Below are positions 9,865 to 19,565 of a stretch of 64,000 nt of DNA, in pieces (the stretch's first letter is position 1; every line of letters begins with the position of its first letter). Origin of the DNA: an uncultured virus (IMG/VR IMGVR_UViG_3300048590_001227) (taxonomy: Duplodnaviria > Heunggongvirae > Uroviricota > Caudoviricetes). Made by a program: the position numbers and the translations under genes. The notes beneath the pieces are model-generated. The model worked only from the letters and a program-made list of their open reading frames with translations, was not told where the DNA came from and made no database searches. The stretch lies in the IMG/VR virus record IMGVR_UViG_3300048590_001227, one strand, 5' to 3'.

Positions 9865-10188
9865 TCACAGATTTACACCAACTTGATAGGGTTTCGATTC
9901 CCAAAGGACATTCACAACCAGCTTTGCGCCATCGCCGTCCTTTTCCACTTGGACGGCATCAACATTCACGCCGGGTATCGCGCTCTGGATGCTTTGAGCC
10001 GTTTCGCTTGTGAGATCCAAAAGCCATTGCTCCGTCATGCCTTTCGCGAGATATGGGCGCAGATTCGTTCCAAACCATCGATGCATTCGCATAGTTCCTT
10101 TGAAGGTTTTGAGTACCCTTCTCAGTGATTGCCGGAGATATGCCTCTCCGGTGATTAGCTTCCCGGTGCGCTCATCGACGCCGATCAT
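9865..10188 (-). CDS. Baseplate protein W / gp25-like
   Basis: GVDERTGKLITGEAYLRQSLRRVLKT…MHRWFGT motif. Confidence 0.9.
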   Translation of the reverse strand: MIGVDERTGKLITGEAYLRQSLRRVLKTFKGTMRMHRWFGTNLRPYLAKGMTEQWLLDLTSETAQSIQSAIPGVNVDAVQVEKDGDGAKLVVNVLWESKPYQVGVNL

Positions 10189-10808
10189 CCGAATGACTCA
10201 AGCTTCTTTTTGAGTGGCGGAAGTTTTGCTGCATTGTCAGTCGATAGCTGAGGTCCGGAACTCGTAGGAGTTTTTGATTCAGCAATGATTCCCATCGCCT
10301 CGGATATCGTTGGAATTAGACTGCACTGCTCGTTCTGGATCGTGACCTTGTCCGAATTGATTTCGAGATCAGTTGAATCCAGGGCAACTTTGAGACCGTC
10401 TTTGCGCGAGATTCTGAGCGTATGGGTCTCCTGGTCATAGGAGAATTGAAGGCCATCTGCGTATATGCGGAGGCTTTCACCGCGCTTTGTTGATGGCGGT
10501 GGCCTGTCATCTGAGTAAAGACCGGGCACGATATGTCCCGCCGAAGTTTCGCCATCCGGTGAAAGCAAAAGACATTTTTCCCCTGGCTCTGGCAGATCCC
10601 GATCAATAGTCCCACCAGCAAGGCCGCGAACGATCGGCAGCCAGCTTGAATCGAGTTCTCCGGATTCAACGCGAGCCAAGCTATTTTCGTAATCGACTTC
10701 CACAATCAAACAAGGCCGAATGAGGTTGGCAACGCGTCGGGCAATTTCTGTCTGGTCACGTTCCAACGCCTCTATTCGCTGCAGTATTTCAGTCAAGTCG
10801 CTCGCCAT
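10185..10808 (-). CDS. Baseplate spike protein V
   Basis: NLIRPCLIVEVDY…SSWLP…PEPGEKCLLLSPDG…YADGLQFSYD OB-fold/spike motifs. Confidence 0.9.
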   Translation of the reverse strand: MASDLTEILQRIEALERDQTEIARRVANLIRPCLIVEVDYENSLARVESGELDSSWLPIVRGLAGGTIDRDLPEPGEKCLLLSPDGETSAGHIVPGLYSDDRPPPSTKRGESLRIYADGLQFSYDQETHTLRISRKDGLKVALDSTDLEINSDKVTIQNEQCSLIPTISEAMGIIAESKTPTSSGPQLSTDNAAKLPPLKKKLESFG

Positions 10809-11247
10809 TGGCCCATAGCTCCCGAGGCATCGTTTCTGGTTTCTCATTGCGTACGGTCTGGTACGCGATTCTGAAAATCTGTCGAGTCGCAGCGAGAGGG
10901 ATGTCGCCCTCGCGCTCGAAGTAGAATTCGGTCACGTCGAGTTCCACGCTCTGAACAAGCTTTTCCAGTTCGGAATCGTCGAGCAAAGCGGCTTCGATCT
11001 GATCAGCTAGATCGAATATTTCGACCTCGGGGTCCTTCTTCGGACGTATTACCGACTCGATATGAAGAGTCATTTCCCTGTCGATGACTTCGACCTTGTC
11101 AGCGAGGACTCGTTCCGTTGGAAAGTGAACGATGCACGCTGGCAAATCGGAAAGTGCGAGGGGTTGATCGCGTGGACCAAACCTATTCAGGTTGGTCGAT
11201 TTCTTTATGATCACGCGCACCTGATCCCGTATGGACTTGCGCAACAT
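10789..11247 (-). CDS. Tail terminator / minor tail protein (lambda gpU-like)
   Basis: RKSIRDQV…DLPACIVH…DLADQIEAAL pattern; position between head and baseplate genes. Confidence 0.65.
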   Translation of the reverse strand: MLRKSIRDQVRVIIKKSTNLNRFGPRDQPLALSDLPACIVHFPTERVLADKVEVIDREMTLHIESVIRPKKDPEVEIFDLADQIEAALLDDSELEKLVQSVELDVTEFYFEREGDIPLAATRQIFRIAYQTVRNEKPETMPRELWANGERLD

Positions 11248-11250
11248 GAG

Positions 11251-11547
11251 TCAAAACCTTCCTAGTGATCCGGACCCGTCTTCGTCCGGCCAGCGCAGCT
11301 CAATCTCATAAAACCCGAGACCTGTATTTCTGCTGGCACTGACTTCGTACACTTCACCGCTTCGGGTTCGAGTTAGGCGATCTCCTTCTTTCAAACCCGA
11401 AACTGTGGGGGACTGCGTGTGCAGGCAGCTTTTTCCCGAAATCACTTCTCTATCCCCCGGAGAGGCGTCGAAGCTCGACTCGTAGAAGAGCCCTGACATC
11501 TTGCCGTCCGAGGTTTCAAAGATTTCTTCATCTTCTGGAATTTCCAT
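11251..11547 (-). CDS. Head-tail joining protein (lambda gpFII-like)
   Basis: 98 aa, beta-rich (LKEGDRL…YEV…G…IEL), directly after the capsid gene. Confidence 0.6.
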   Translation of the reverse strand: MEIPEDEEIFETSDGKMSGLFYESSFDASPGDREVISGKSCLHTQSPTVSGLKEGDRLTRTRSGEVYEVSASRNTGLGFYEIELRWPDEDGSGSLGRF

Positions 11548-11548
11548 T

Positions 11549-12577
11549 TCAGAGAACTGTCAAGAGACAGGCGGCGTTCACGTCATACGGAACGAGGACC
11601 GGAGCCGATTGCAAGAGAACGATGCGAACGCTGGGATCTTCTTCTTCCCAACTCTTTATGAACATTGGTCTTGCTTGCAGGGCCTTGAGATCTTGTATTG
11701 CTCCGAAGTGTCGAACCCCACGGATTCCGGGTGCCATGAAAAGAGCATCTTTTGGACTAATAAAGTCGTACTCGACGCCATTCTCCTGGTATCGGCCTTC
11801 ATGCATCCAGATATTGAGATCCCCGTAACGGCCTTTGAATACGGCCGTGTCATCAGATTGGGTTCCAGGAGTCAGCTGAATTGAAGTGTCCGCACCGCGT
11901 ATAAAATTTGGTGCTGTCTCGCGAACTTCCGCGTTGGCAATAAAAGCGTCGAATGCCTCTGTGCCAAGAATCAGATCCCGTGGTCTGGTTTTTTTGTTGC
12001 TCTTTGAAGCTACACGCCGTTTGATTCCTTCGAGGAAGGCCGTCATCGGCAATTCTTTGTTGGACCAGAGCTGCTTATCCTTCAATTTTTCAGTCAGCGA
12101 GCTGTGACGTTGGAAGTCGAGAACAGTGTCGTATCCCTCCCCACGGATCGTGAGCTTGCCGGTCTTGCAGACTTCTGCAGCCATAACCTCCAACCTATTG
12201 CTGAGACCATCGACCAGGCGCGTGGTTTCCTTCATTAGGTGCATAGCGGCTCGCTGGTCCGGAGATAGTTGACCACCAAAGGGTTCACCTGCCATTCGGG
12301 TGAAGCCTTTGTCAGGAGTCAAAACCGCTTTTGGTTTTACATATGCGGGCTTGAAAGATTTGGTTTTATAGCCCTGGGAAGTGATCAGCTTGCCGCCAAT
12401 AAGGGGATGAACGAAGGGGGCGATATCGTATTGACCCTCTTCGATGTCGAAGTAAACTTCCTCGGACTCCGAAGTTTTTTCCTCGGGAAAGTAGCGATCG
12501 AGAAAGAATTTCGGAGCTGGAACAATTCGCTCCACCAAGCCGTTGAGATACCATGTTGAATAGATGGGAAGTGGCAT
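11549..12577 (-). CDS. Major capsid protein (lambda gpE family)
   Basis: FFLDRYF, IAPFVHP, FKPAYVKPK and KSWEEEDPSVRIVLLQSAP motifs. Confidence 0.95.
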   Translation of the reverse strand: MPLPIYSTWYLNGLVERIVPAPKFFLDRYFPEEKTSESEEVYFDIEEGQYDIAPFVHPLIGGKLITSQGYKTKSFKPAYVKPKAVLTPDKGFTRMAGEPFGGQLSPDQRAAMHLMKETTRLVDGLSNRLEVMAAEVCKTGKLTIRGEGYDTVLDFQRHSSLTEKLKDKQLWSNKELPMTAFLEGIKRRVASKSNKKTRPRDLILGTEAFDAFIANAEVRETAPNFIRGADTSIQLTPGTQSDDTAVFKGRYGDLNIWMHEGRYQENGVEYDFISPKDALFMAPGIRGVRHFGAIQDLKALQARPMFIKSWEEEDPSVRIVLLQSAPVLVPYDVNAACLLTVL

Positions 12578-12961
12578 TCAGTCCTCGAAATAAATGGAGC
12601 GAAGTTCGAGGGCGTCTTTGATCGACTCGAAGGAATGACCCTTTCCGAGCTGTACGCCCCGTTTGTAGAATTTTCCGGTCACGTAAACGGCGGCCTGCTT
12701 GTCGCGTTCGGTGGCGTCAACATCTGCCGCAAGAATACGAAGAGGGTTTTGGCTTCCGTCTTCGATGGCCGCTTCCTGTTCGTCTTTTGCGGCAGAAAGA
12801 ACAAATTTGCTCGATGTCGTTTTCTTCCCGAGTAGCGCGCCGCGAGTCAAAACCTGACCTTTCTCGACGGTCACAGTTTCCCGAACCACCGGGAACTGGC
12901 CGGTTTCGAGGTAATGATGTTCGATGGCTCCGACATCGCGGAACGAGGGCTCGAAGTTCAC
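12578..12961 (-). CDS. Head decoration protein (lambda gpD-like)
   Basis: GQVLTRGALLGK…DGSQNPLRILAADVDAT…YVTGKF motif; precedes capsid gene. Confidence 0.9.
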   Translation of the reverse strand: MNFEPSFRDVGAIEHHYLETGQFPVVRETVTVEKGQVLTRGALLGKKTTSSKFVLSAAKDEQEAAIEDGSQNPLRILAADVDATERDKQAAVYVTGKFYKRGVQLGKGHSFESIKDALELRSIYFED

Positions 12962-13097
12962 TTTTTTCTCCTGCTTGGCCTGAATGTCCCGATTGGGATT
13001 CAGACGATTCGCTCTAGGTTTTCAGAATTTGGACAAATCAATCCCAAGGCTCCGAAGAATTCGGAACGATGCTTAGATTCGGTTTAGGGTTTCGGGT

Positions 13098-14285
13098 TTA
13101 TGCGCGGACGCGAAGACCCATGGTTTTGGCCATTTTCAAGTGCTGTTCCAGGATGTCTGAATCCGCCGATGGTTCGGGCTTGGCGCTTGGCATTTCGATG
13201 GAATCTTCGGACTCTTTAAGGAGCTCAATCCCCGATTTTCTAGTTTGCAGTCCGCGCTTCAGGATTTCGTAGGAGGCTTGCTCCGCCGACAAATCAGAGT
13301 CGATGAGACTCTGGCAGAATTCTGGTGAAGTTCTCCCGTGACAAAGACCACGAATCTCTTCAGCGCGCTTGCGGTCTTCAAGTATCGCTGCTTTTGTCTT
13401 CGACCGCTCTTCTGCTCTACCCAGGGCCATGAAGTGCTCGGCAAGATCCGCTGGAATATCCTTGGTCGCTTCCGGTCGTGATTCAACTGCAGGATCGGTT
13501 TTAGCTACTTTGCTCATCAGGTCCTCGAATGTTGTCAGATTGTCAGCCAATCCTTGTCGCAGAGCGGACGCCCCGACAAACACGGAACCTTGGCCGTAGT
13601 TATTTTGAACAGCTTCAGATGTTATTGAACGATTTCTTGCGACCTGTTCGATGAAGACAGTTGCCAAGTCGTTGATAACGCGCTGAACTTCTGCTGCACC
13701 GCCCTCGGTCGCTGGATCTCGGTTTTTGTTTGGTGACTGTGCGGAGACGAATCGTATCTCGTTTGGATTCTTTCCAGATCGAATTGCCGTTTGCACTCCG
13801 ATGCTTCCAATAATTGCGGACGGAGAAGCATGGATTTCCTGGGCTGCAGATGCGATCCAGAAAGCTGCGGAGGCACCTGTGCCGCCAATATACGCATGAA
13901 CGGGGATTTTTCCGCGAAGCTGATAAATCGATTCGGCCAGCTCGCCGACTCCACTTGCTTCGCCACCAGGGCTGTCGATGTCGAGGACAATGGCTTTGAT
14001 CCCGGGCGTCTTTGCAAGTACGCTGATGTCATGATGGATTTGATCATAGCCACTGGCTCCGAAAAGATCGGTCCAAAAGTTGCTCTTTTTGAAAAGGGGG
14101 CCGTGAACCGGGACAATGCCGATTCCATCCCGGATCACGGATCTATGGGTATCGGCAGGCTTGCGATTGGGAAGACTCGCAAGGGCAGAAAGATCGAGAT
14201 CACAAAGCGTCATGAGCCAGTGCAAACCTTCGTCCGACATGGCCCACGGCGTATCCAAGATTGCTTGCGCGACTGAAGACATCAC
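13098..14285 (-). CDS. Capsid maturation protease, S49 family (lambda gpC-like), with C-terminal scaffold region
   Basis: LDIDSPGGEA, ASAAFWIASAA and GSIGV S49 motifs. Confidence 0.95.
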   Translation of the reverse strand: MMSSVAQAILDTPWAMSDEGLHWLMTLCDLDLSALASLPNRKPADTHRSVIRDGIGIVPVHGPLFKKSNFWTDLFGASGYDQIHHDISVLAKTPGIKAIVLDIDSPGGEASGVGELAESIYQLRGKIPVHAYIGGTGASAAFWIASAAQEIHASPSAIIGSIGVQTAIRSGKNPNEIRFVSAQSPNKNRDPATEGGAAEVQRVINDLATVFIEQVARNRSITSEAVQNNYGQGSVFVGASALRQGLADNLTTFEDLMSKVAKTDPAVESRPEATKDIPADLAEHFMALGRAEERSKTKAAILEDRKRAEEIRGLCHGRTSPEFCQSLIDSDLSAEQASYEILKRGLQTRKSGIELLKESEDSIEMPSAKPEPSADSDILEQHLKMAKTMGLRVRA

Positions 14286-14320
14286 CTTCCCCCTTCATGA
14301 AGGAAGACTATCGAAACAAA

Positions 14321-15820
14321 TTAAGCTTGGGAATTATGCAGAAAATGCCCTGCAGATTTTTTTTCTTGGGGCTGCTCCATATCTGCTTCGGCTTCCCTTT
14401 CGCGCCTCAACTTCTCGAAATCTCTTCCTGAACCCTCTACAATGGCCCGCCTTGAGGTCGTGCCGTTGTTGATACGTTCGCTGTCAGCTTTGGCATCCTT
14501 GAGCTCATCGATCGATTCCATGCTGGAGCCGATCCATTCCGTGCCGAGATAGACGCGCCGTTTGAAGGGATCTTCAAAGCCTGGGGCATGAAGGATTCCC
14601 CTGAGAATTGCTTCGCTCGTGAACCACTCGTAGTTCAATTGACAGAATGCCGGCGCGAGCCATCCCCTTTCTGATCGGTATGTTCGCCAAGCCTTGAGGA
14701 TCGCACCACGCGCGGCTGTATAGGAAGAGGAGAAGTGTGATAGCAAAACTTCAAAGGGAATTCGTATTGCCATTCCGATCAACTTCAGTACAGCTGAGAC
14801 GAATGAATCAAAATTCACATTCGGTCTTCCGGGGGCGACGGATTCCACTTTTTCACCGGGGAACAGATCGACGATGGTCCCGGACCCAAACGGTTGGGTG
14901 CTGCGAGTTTTCTGCTGTTCTTCGCGCTGCGCAAGATGCGCGCTTGCCTTGCTGCCAAAAGGCGATGCCCCTTCGCTGGTTACGAAGATCGAGAAGAAAG
15001 CGGATAGGACTGCTGCGGAGATTTCGGCTTCCGTATATCGTGAAATTTGCTTGATTTTCTCGACGATCGGTGCAAGATAGGGCTCGCCGCGTGTTTGATC
15101 TGGCAATCTGTTTTTATACAAATGAGAGGCAATCACCACGCCTTGCTTGTCAAACCGCGGTACTCTCACTGTCTTTTGCTGCAACCCATCGTAGCCGTCT
15201 GAGTTCGCGATATGATAGGCGATCGGTACACCATCTGCGTCAAGTTCAATGCCTTCGCGAATTTCTCTATCAGCATATCCAAAATCGGGATTTCGGATGC
15301 GAGAGCCTGCCACAATTTGGATTGATGTTCCGAGTATAGCTCCTGGTCGCGGTTTGTACCTGCGGATTACGAGACAGTCGCCATCAAGCAAGACTGCACG
15401 CATCACAAGCGCTTGGTTGATTGCGATCGGACTCTTCATGGCAAAGTCTGAATAAATCGAATCAGCATGCAGGTTGTAGATTTTTTCGGCCATGCGCTCA
15501 AATGCACGGGCTTCTTCATCAGAGATGCCTAAAAGCTCATGATCGACTTTAGCTTGCGGACGCAAACCCGTATGGACGACATTATCGACGAGATTTTCGG
15601 TGGCTCCCCTTGCTATTGCCTCATTGCGGTCAAGATCTCTTGATTGGCGTCTCAAGGTATCAAGTGAGGGGAGTAGAGCGTCATCTGCCGACCCAGCAGC
15701 CGGAAACCAATGCTGCATCGCTCTGTTGAATTTGGATGCGGACCTATACGGTGTATCGGCGGCTATGCTGTCGAGCGCGCTTACCGGCACGATAAGTCCG
15801 GCAGGTGTAGTTGCTTCCAT
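14321..15820 (-). CDS. Portal protein, lambda family
   Basis: LRRQSRDLDRN, QTRGEPYLAP, SSYTAARG and IDELKDAKA motifs. Confidence 0.95.
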   Translation of the reverse strand: MEATTPAGLIVPVSALDSIAADTPYRSASKFNRAMQHWFPAAGSADDALLPSLDTLRRQSRDLDRNEAIARGATENLVDNVVHTGLRPQAKVDHELLGISDEEARAFERMAEKIYNLHADSIYSDFAMKSPIAINQALVMRAVLLDGDCLVIRRYKPRPGAILGTSIQIVAGSRIRNPDFGYADREIREGIELDADGVPIAYHIANSDGYDGLQQKTVRVPRFDKQGVVIASHLYKNRLPDQTRGEPYLAPIVEKIKQISRYTEAEISAAVLSAFFSIFVTSEGASPFGSKASAHLAQREEQQKTRSTQPFGSGTIVDLFPGEKVESVAPGRPNVNFDSFVSAVLKLIGMAIRIPFEVLLSHFSSSYTAARGAILKAWRTYRSERGWLAPAFCQLNYEWFTSEAILRGILHAPGFEDPFKRRVYLGTEWIGSSMESIDELKDAKADSERINNGTTSRRAIVEGSGRDFEKLRREREAEADMEQPQEKKSAGHFLHNSQA

Positions 15821-15828
15821 TGCTATTC

Positions 15829-16047
15829 CTATGTGGGTATGCCCAGGGTCAATCCTCGACCTTCAAGTCGATCGATTTGCCGAATCAGGTGTTTTTCCTC
15901 GGCATATAGGTCCTTAAGTGACCCACGAACAATGTTTCGGCGGTTTGCGCCCACCTGAAGTTCTGTTTCCTGGCCATTGGTTTCTATGAGGTTGATCGCT
16001 TTGCGGACCGACTTCAGTCGATCTTGCAAATCTTCAAGCGTCTGCAT
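15829..16047 (-). CDS. Head completion protein (lambda gpW-like)
   Basis: 72 aa between terminase and portal; GAAGGAG RBS before MQTLEDL. Confidence 0.75.
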   Translation of the reverse strand: MQTLEDLQDRLKSVRKAINLIETNGQETELQVGANRRNIVRGSLKDLYAEEKHLIRQIDRLEGRGLTLGIPT

Positions 16048-17893
16048 TCTTAACTCCTTCCAGTTGATCACAGATTTCGTCTATATTGAGGTCGAGGAAT
16101 TCGCGCGCAGCGTCTGAGTAGCGAACGCAGTCGTGACCGTGATCGGCAACGCCGGCTGTGGTTTCGTATGTGAGAACCCACTGGCCTTCGCGCTTGACCC
16201 AGACCGCTTTCGGCGCTGCCAGCTCCTTACAGAAGCCATCGGATAGACCGGAATGCAGATGAATGATTCCTGGATGGGAATACGGCTGCGATGGTGTACT
16301 CTCCAGGGCCTTGAGCCAGAGCTTGCGCTGCTCAAGAGAAGCGCCGATTGCTGAGAACAAGCGTCCGTGCGTAGTGAGCTTTCCTACGGGCCAAAGGAAG
16401 ACTCTGGCTTCTTTCTTGGTCGTCGGTTTGTCGATGATGGGAGCCGACACCGCGCCAGAGCCCTTGATCGGGAGCACGAAATCAGCCAGCCGATCGCGGC
16501 AGAATTCATAAACAGCACCGGTCGAGTGGCCACCTGTATCCACGCAGGTAGCGGCAATCCGGAGTTTCTGACCCAGGTGATGGGTGTAGAGGGTTCGCAG
16601 CTTCTGATCCACAAGCGCCCAGGTTTCCTCCCTGTTCGCGTCTCCGTAGATGACCCAGTGGTGAAGAATCCATGATTCAGCGCCGCGACCCCAGCCACGC
16701 GTGACGATATCGATATGGGATGGGTGCGTATCCACCCCGGCAGTCACAACTCCAATACCTGCGGGCAGGACAGCGTCTGGGTCGTAGTCTTCACGGAGGT
16801 TCCGAATGTCGTCGGCGTCGAGCGACTTGATAGAGGTATCTGAAAATGTCACCGCCTTGCAGTTGTTGACGAATACTTTCATCTCAACATTGTCAGTTAA
16901 CCCGGCTTGATATTGGGTTCGGCAGCTTTTCCAAGAATACATGCCCGGTGGCGCATACAATGCAGGGAGGTGATAACCACGGACATCATCCGAAGCAGGC
17001 GTCGCGGTCGGCACCCAGAGACCGCCTTTGAGCATGTGAGTCTTGTCCTGCTCGTAGTGCCGATATGAACACTTGATGCAAAGGAAGGTGGGTTCCAGGC
17101 CGGACAGATCAAACTGTTCCCAGATGATCAATTGAAGCTCGCCGCAATTGAGGCAGGGGACGAAGAGTTTCCGCTGATCGGTTGTCTTGTACTCCCTCTC
17201 GATGCGACACCGATCAACCAGTGATGGGGTCGATACGTAGAAAAGCTTTTTGCGGCCCTCGTAGGCGCTAGTCCGGCCAATAGCAAGGCCGCATGGGTCG
17301 CCTTCACCCTGGCAATCTTCGTCATACGCCGAGACTTCATCGAAGACGACGTATTGAATTGAATCCGAACGTAGAGAGACTGCGGCTTTGGACGTGCCCA
17401 GGTTCAGGAATCCGCCGGGAAAAAGCTTCGTCAGAATCGTGTCTTTTTCACGGTTCTTCCCCTGGCGGTAGACTTCGAGTTCCTTGATTTTTCCTTGCAG
17501 GGACCCGCAGTTTGCGACAATGGGTGCGATGCGCTGCTTTGAAAATTTGGTGCGTAGTTCGTCGTTAGGCTGAACGATCAACATCGCCGCTGGCGAAATG
17601 TCCATCACCCAAAGCATCCAGGCAAGGGCTGCGAGAGTCCCGCCTGTCTGCCAGCCTTTCATCAAAACGACTTTTTCGATGCCATTGTCAGGCATCAGGC
17701 TGTCGAGGATTTCGTACAAGTAGGGAGTTCGCGAGAAATCGACCAAGCCCGGGAATGGGTTTTTTCCGCTCACGAGGAAGAGATTTTTCTGAGCATGCTC
17801 GACGATGGAGATATCCGGATCGGGAAGAATACCCTTGGCGGCGTCTTCCTCCACGGAACCAAAGTTCGAATATCTGAGCGCGAGGTTGCTCAC
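16034..17893 (-). CDS. Terminase large subunit (lambda GpA family)
   Basis: RTPYLYEILD, Walker A-like KGWQTGGT, FDEVSAY, STP, CxxC pairs, TAGVD and DC motifs. Confidence 0.95.
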   Translation of the reverse strand: MSNLALRYSNFGSVEEDAAKGILPDPDISIVEHAQKNLFLVSGKNPFPGLVDFSRTPYLYEILDSLMPDNGIEKVVLMKGWQTGGTLAALAWMLWVMDISPAAMLIVQPNDELRTKFSKQRIAPIVANCGSLQGKIKELEVYRQGKNREKDTILTKLFPGGFLNLGTSKAAVSLRSDSIQYVVFDEVSAYDEDCQGEGDPCGLAIGRTSAYEGRKKLFYVSTPSLVDRCRIEREYKTTDQRKLFVPCLNCGELQLIIWEQFDLSGLEPTFLCIKCSYRHYEQDKTHMLKGGLWVPTATPASDDVRGYHLPALYAPPGMYSWKSCRTQYQAGLTDNVEMKVFVNNCKAVTFSDTSIKSLDADDIRNLREDYDPDAVLPAGIGVVTAGVDTHPSHIDIVTRGWGRGAESWILHHWVIYGDANREETWALVDQKLRTLYTHHLGQKLRIAATCVDTGGHSTGAVYEFCRDRLADFVLPIKGSGAVSAPIIDKPTTKKEARVFLWPVGKLTTHGRLFSAIGASLEQRKLWLKALESTPSQPYSHPGIIHLHSGLSDGFCKELAAPKAVWVKREGQWVLTYETTAGVADHGHDCVRYSDAAREFLDLNIDEICDQLEGVKNADA

Positions 17894-18510
17894 TCAGGTC
17901 CACCTATCAGCAGGTCAGGCTGCGCGTCATGGGTGGTGATCTTGGAGGAGATATGGAAGAGGGCCTTTTTCATTTCGCCCTTGATGGACACTTTGAGCTC
18001 GCCGGAAGCAACTTCGATCGCCTTTTGGGTATTGGCGACCGCTTCGTCGCCGAACGCCTGACGAATCAGGTCGATCATTTTGGATTTAATTTCGCCGATC
18101 AGGGCTTGGGGCATGTAGAGGAGTGCATCCCGAGTGGTTCGGAAAGCTTGGAATGTTTCGAGCTTGTACTTGTCGGCGGGCATGAGAGTCTTGGCTCGTT
18201 CGAGGTAGTCGAGCTGCTTCAAGAGGGCGGAATAGTGCCTCTCCATTTCGTTGGACTCATCCAGCGGCATGTGGCCTTGCTGGCCACTCGTGGGCGCATT
18301 GGGGCGAATGTGATCGCCGTTATTGTCCTTCGCGAGGTTGGCGTTGTTGTAGAACTCCATGACTCCGGCAACGACATCGATCAGGATGTCGCCTTGGTCT
18401 GTGCGCGTGACTGATTTTGTGAGCCTGCCGGTCTTGAGCGCCTTGTTGATCAGCGGGCGCGACACTTCCAGCAGGTCGGCGAACTGCGCCTGCGTTATCT
18501 TCTTCGCCAA
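17890..18510 (-). CDS. Terminase small subunit (Nu1-like, N-terminal HTH)
   Basis: ITQAQFADLLEVSRPLINKALKTGRL HTH; TRDALLYMP motif; immediately upstream of TerL; GGAG RBS before TTG at 18510. Confidence 0.75.
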   Translation of the reverse strand: MAKKITQAQFADLLEVSRPLINKALKTGRLTKSVTRTDQGDILIDVVAGVMEFYNNANLAKDNNGDHIRPNAPTSGQQGHMPLDESNEMERHYSALLKQLDYLERAKTLMPADKYKLETFQAFRTTRDALLYMPQALIGEIKSKMIDLIRQAFGDEAVANTQKAIEVASGELKVSIKGEMKKALFHISSKITTHDAQPDLLIGGPE

Positions 18511-18629
18511 GTGGCTGCTCCAGTATTTTTTGAACGCGGTTAATCGGGGCCAGATAAGGATTTGTTCAGTGATTTTGGACAAATGGATTCGCTGTGAATC
18601 GGCTCGCGCGATTCATCGATTAACCCGGC

Positions 18630-18698
18630 AGAATTTCAAAATTGAGTTAGAGACCGGGGTTGATCGTCAACCGCTCCCTTTGCGTTCCAGAAGGACCC
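18630..18698 (-). other. Candidate cos packaging site (cosQ-like heptamer plus symmetric cosN-like element)
   Basis: On the minus strand GGGTCCT (18692-18698, the lambda cosQ sequence) precedes the palindrome GGTTGA-CGA-TCAACC (18658-18672), just upstream of terS. Confidence 0.65.
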
Positions 18699-18863
18699 AG
18701 TTTTTTTGGCACCATCTGGTCGGTGATGATATTTTAATCATGCTACAGAACCCTTGTATATCAATGCTTTCAAGCCTGAACAACACTGTATCTTAGGTGT
18801 GATACCGCTGACAATTACGCGGAAAATGCCCCGCGCGGATTTTTTAGATTGGACCAGAAGATG

Positions 18864-19565
18864 TCAGGATGGATTTTCGGGTGTGTAGATAGCCTGTTCT
18901 TCCAAAATGCGGCTATACACAACGTTGTGGGAAAGTCGGGTTGTGCTGAACAGTCGCAATTTTTCGTAGAACAACAGGCCGAAGAGTTTGGGGTATTTGA
19001 AGAGAAACTCGAAATCGTCCTTGTGAAAGATCAGCAGAACACTATGGTAGTTGTCACTGCCCGCATATGCTGCGACCAATCCATTGGCTGCAGAGAGTTC
19101 GTCGCCATTCATAGCGGTCCAGCTGAAGAAAACTGACAGCTGATGTCCAAGCAATTTCGTTATGCCGACCAACTTGTGAACCTTATCGACATCCAGCTCC
19201 GCTGTTCGATAATTCTTGGATTCGCCAATCAGGTGGGATGTTTTAATTTTGCATAGCCTTTCCATGTGACGTTCGACACGTTCACCGATCATGGCGTGAT
19301 GATCTATCTGGTAGAGGCGATTTTGATCTGTATCCGACGCATCCTCCAGGAATCGGCAGTTCTTTAGAAAATAGTGGGCAACGTTCTGCATGAGTCTGCC
19401 TTGCTCTGTTGGATTCTTCACGGCAATTTTCTTATCGTGAAAATCGAAGAGAGCCTGCAGGTGCTGGCGTGCTTCATCGTCGGTTATTTTTGAATTGATG
19501 AGAAACGCATCTTTCCGCGTTTCCAGGGAAGACGCTGCATCTTGCGTGGTCACTTCGCCTTGCAT
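18864..19565 (-). CDS. PD-(D/E)xK restriction-endonuclease-like protein (third gene of putative defence operon)
   Basis: YQIDH…IGESKNY…VDKVHKL…SVFFS pattern resembling Mrr-type nuclease folds. Confidence 0.6.
   Translation of the reverse strand: MQGEVTTQDAASSLETRKDAFLINSKITDDEARQHLQALFDFHDKKIAVKNPTEQGRLMQNVAHYFLKNCRFLEDASDTDQNRLYQIDHHAMIGERVERHMERLCKIKTSHLIGESKNYRTAELDVDKVHKLVGITKLLGHQLSVFFSWTAMNGDELSAANGLVAAYAGSDNYHSVLLIFHKDDFEFLFKYPKLFGLLFYEKLRLFSTTRLSHNVVYSRILEEQAIYTPENPS

Noticed and set aside
1616..10808. Stand-alone tailocin or extracellular contractile injection system
   Set aside because: The tail genes are contiguous with a full head, portal and terminase module, so this is a phage.
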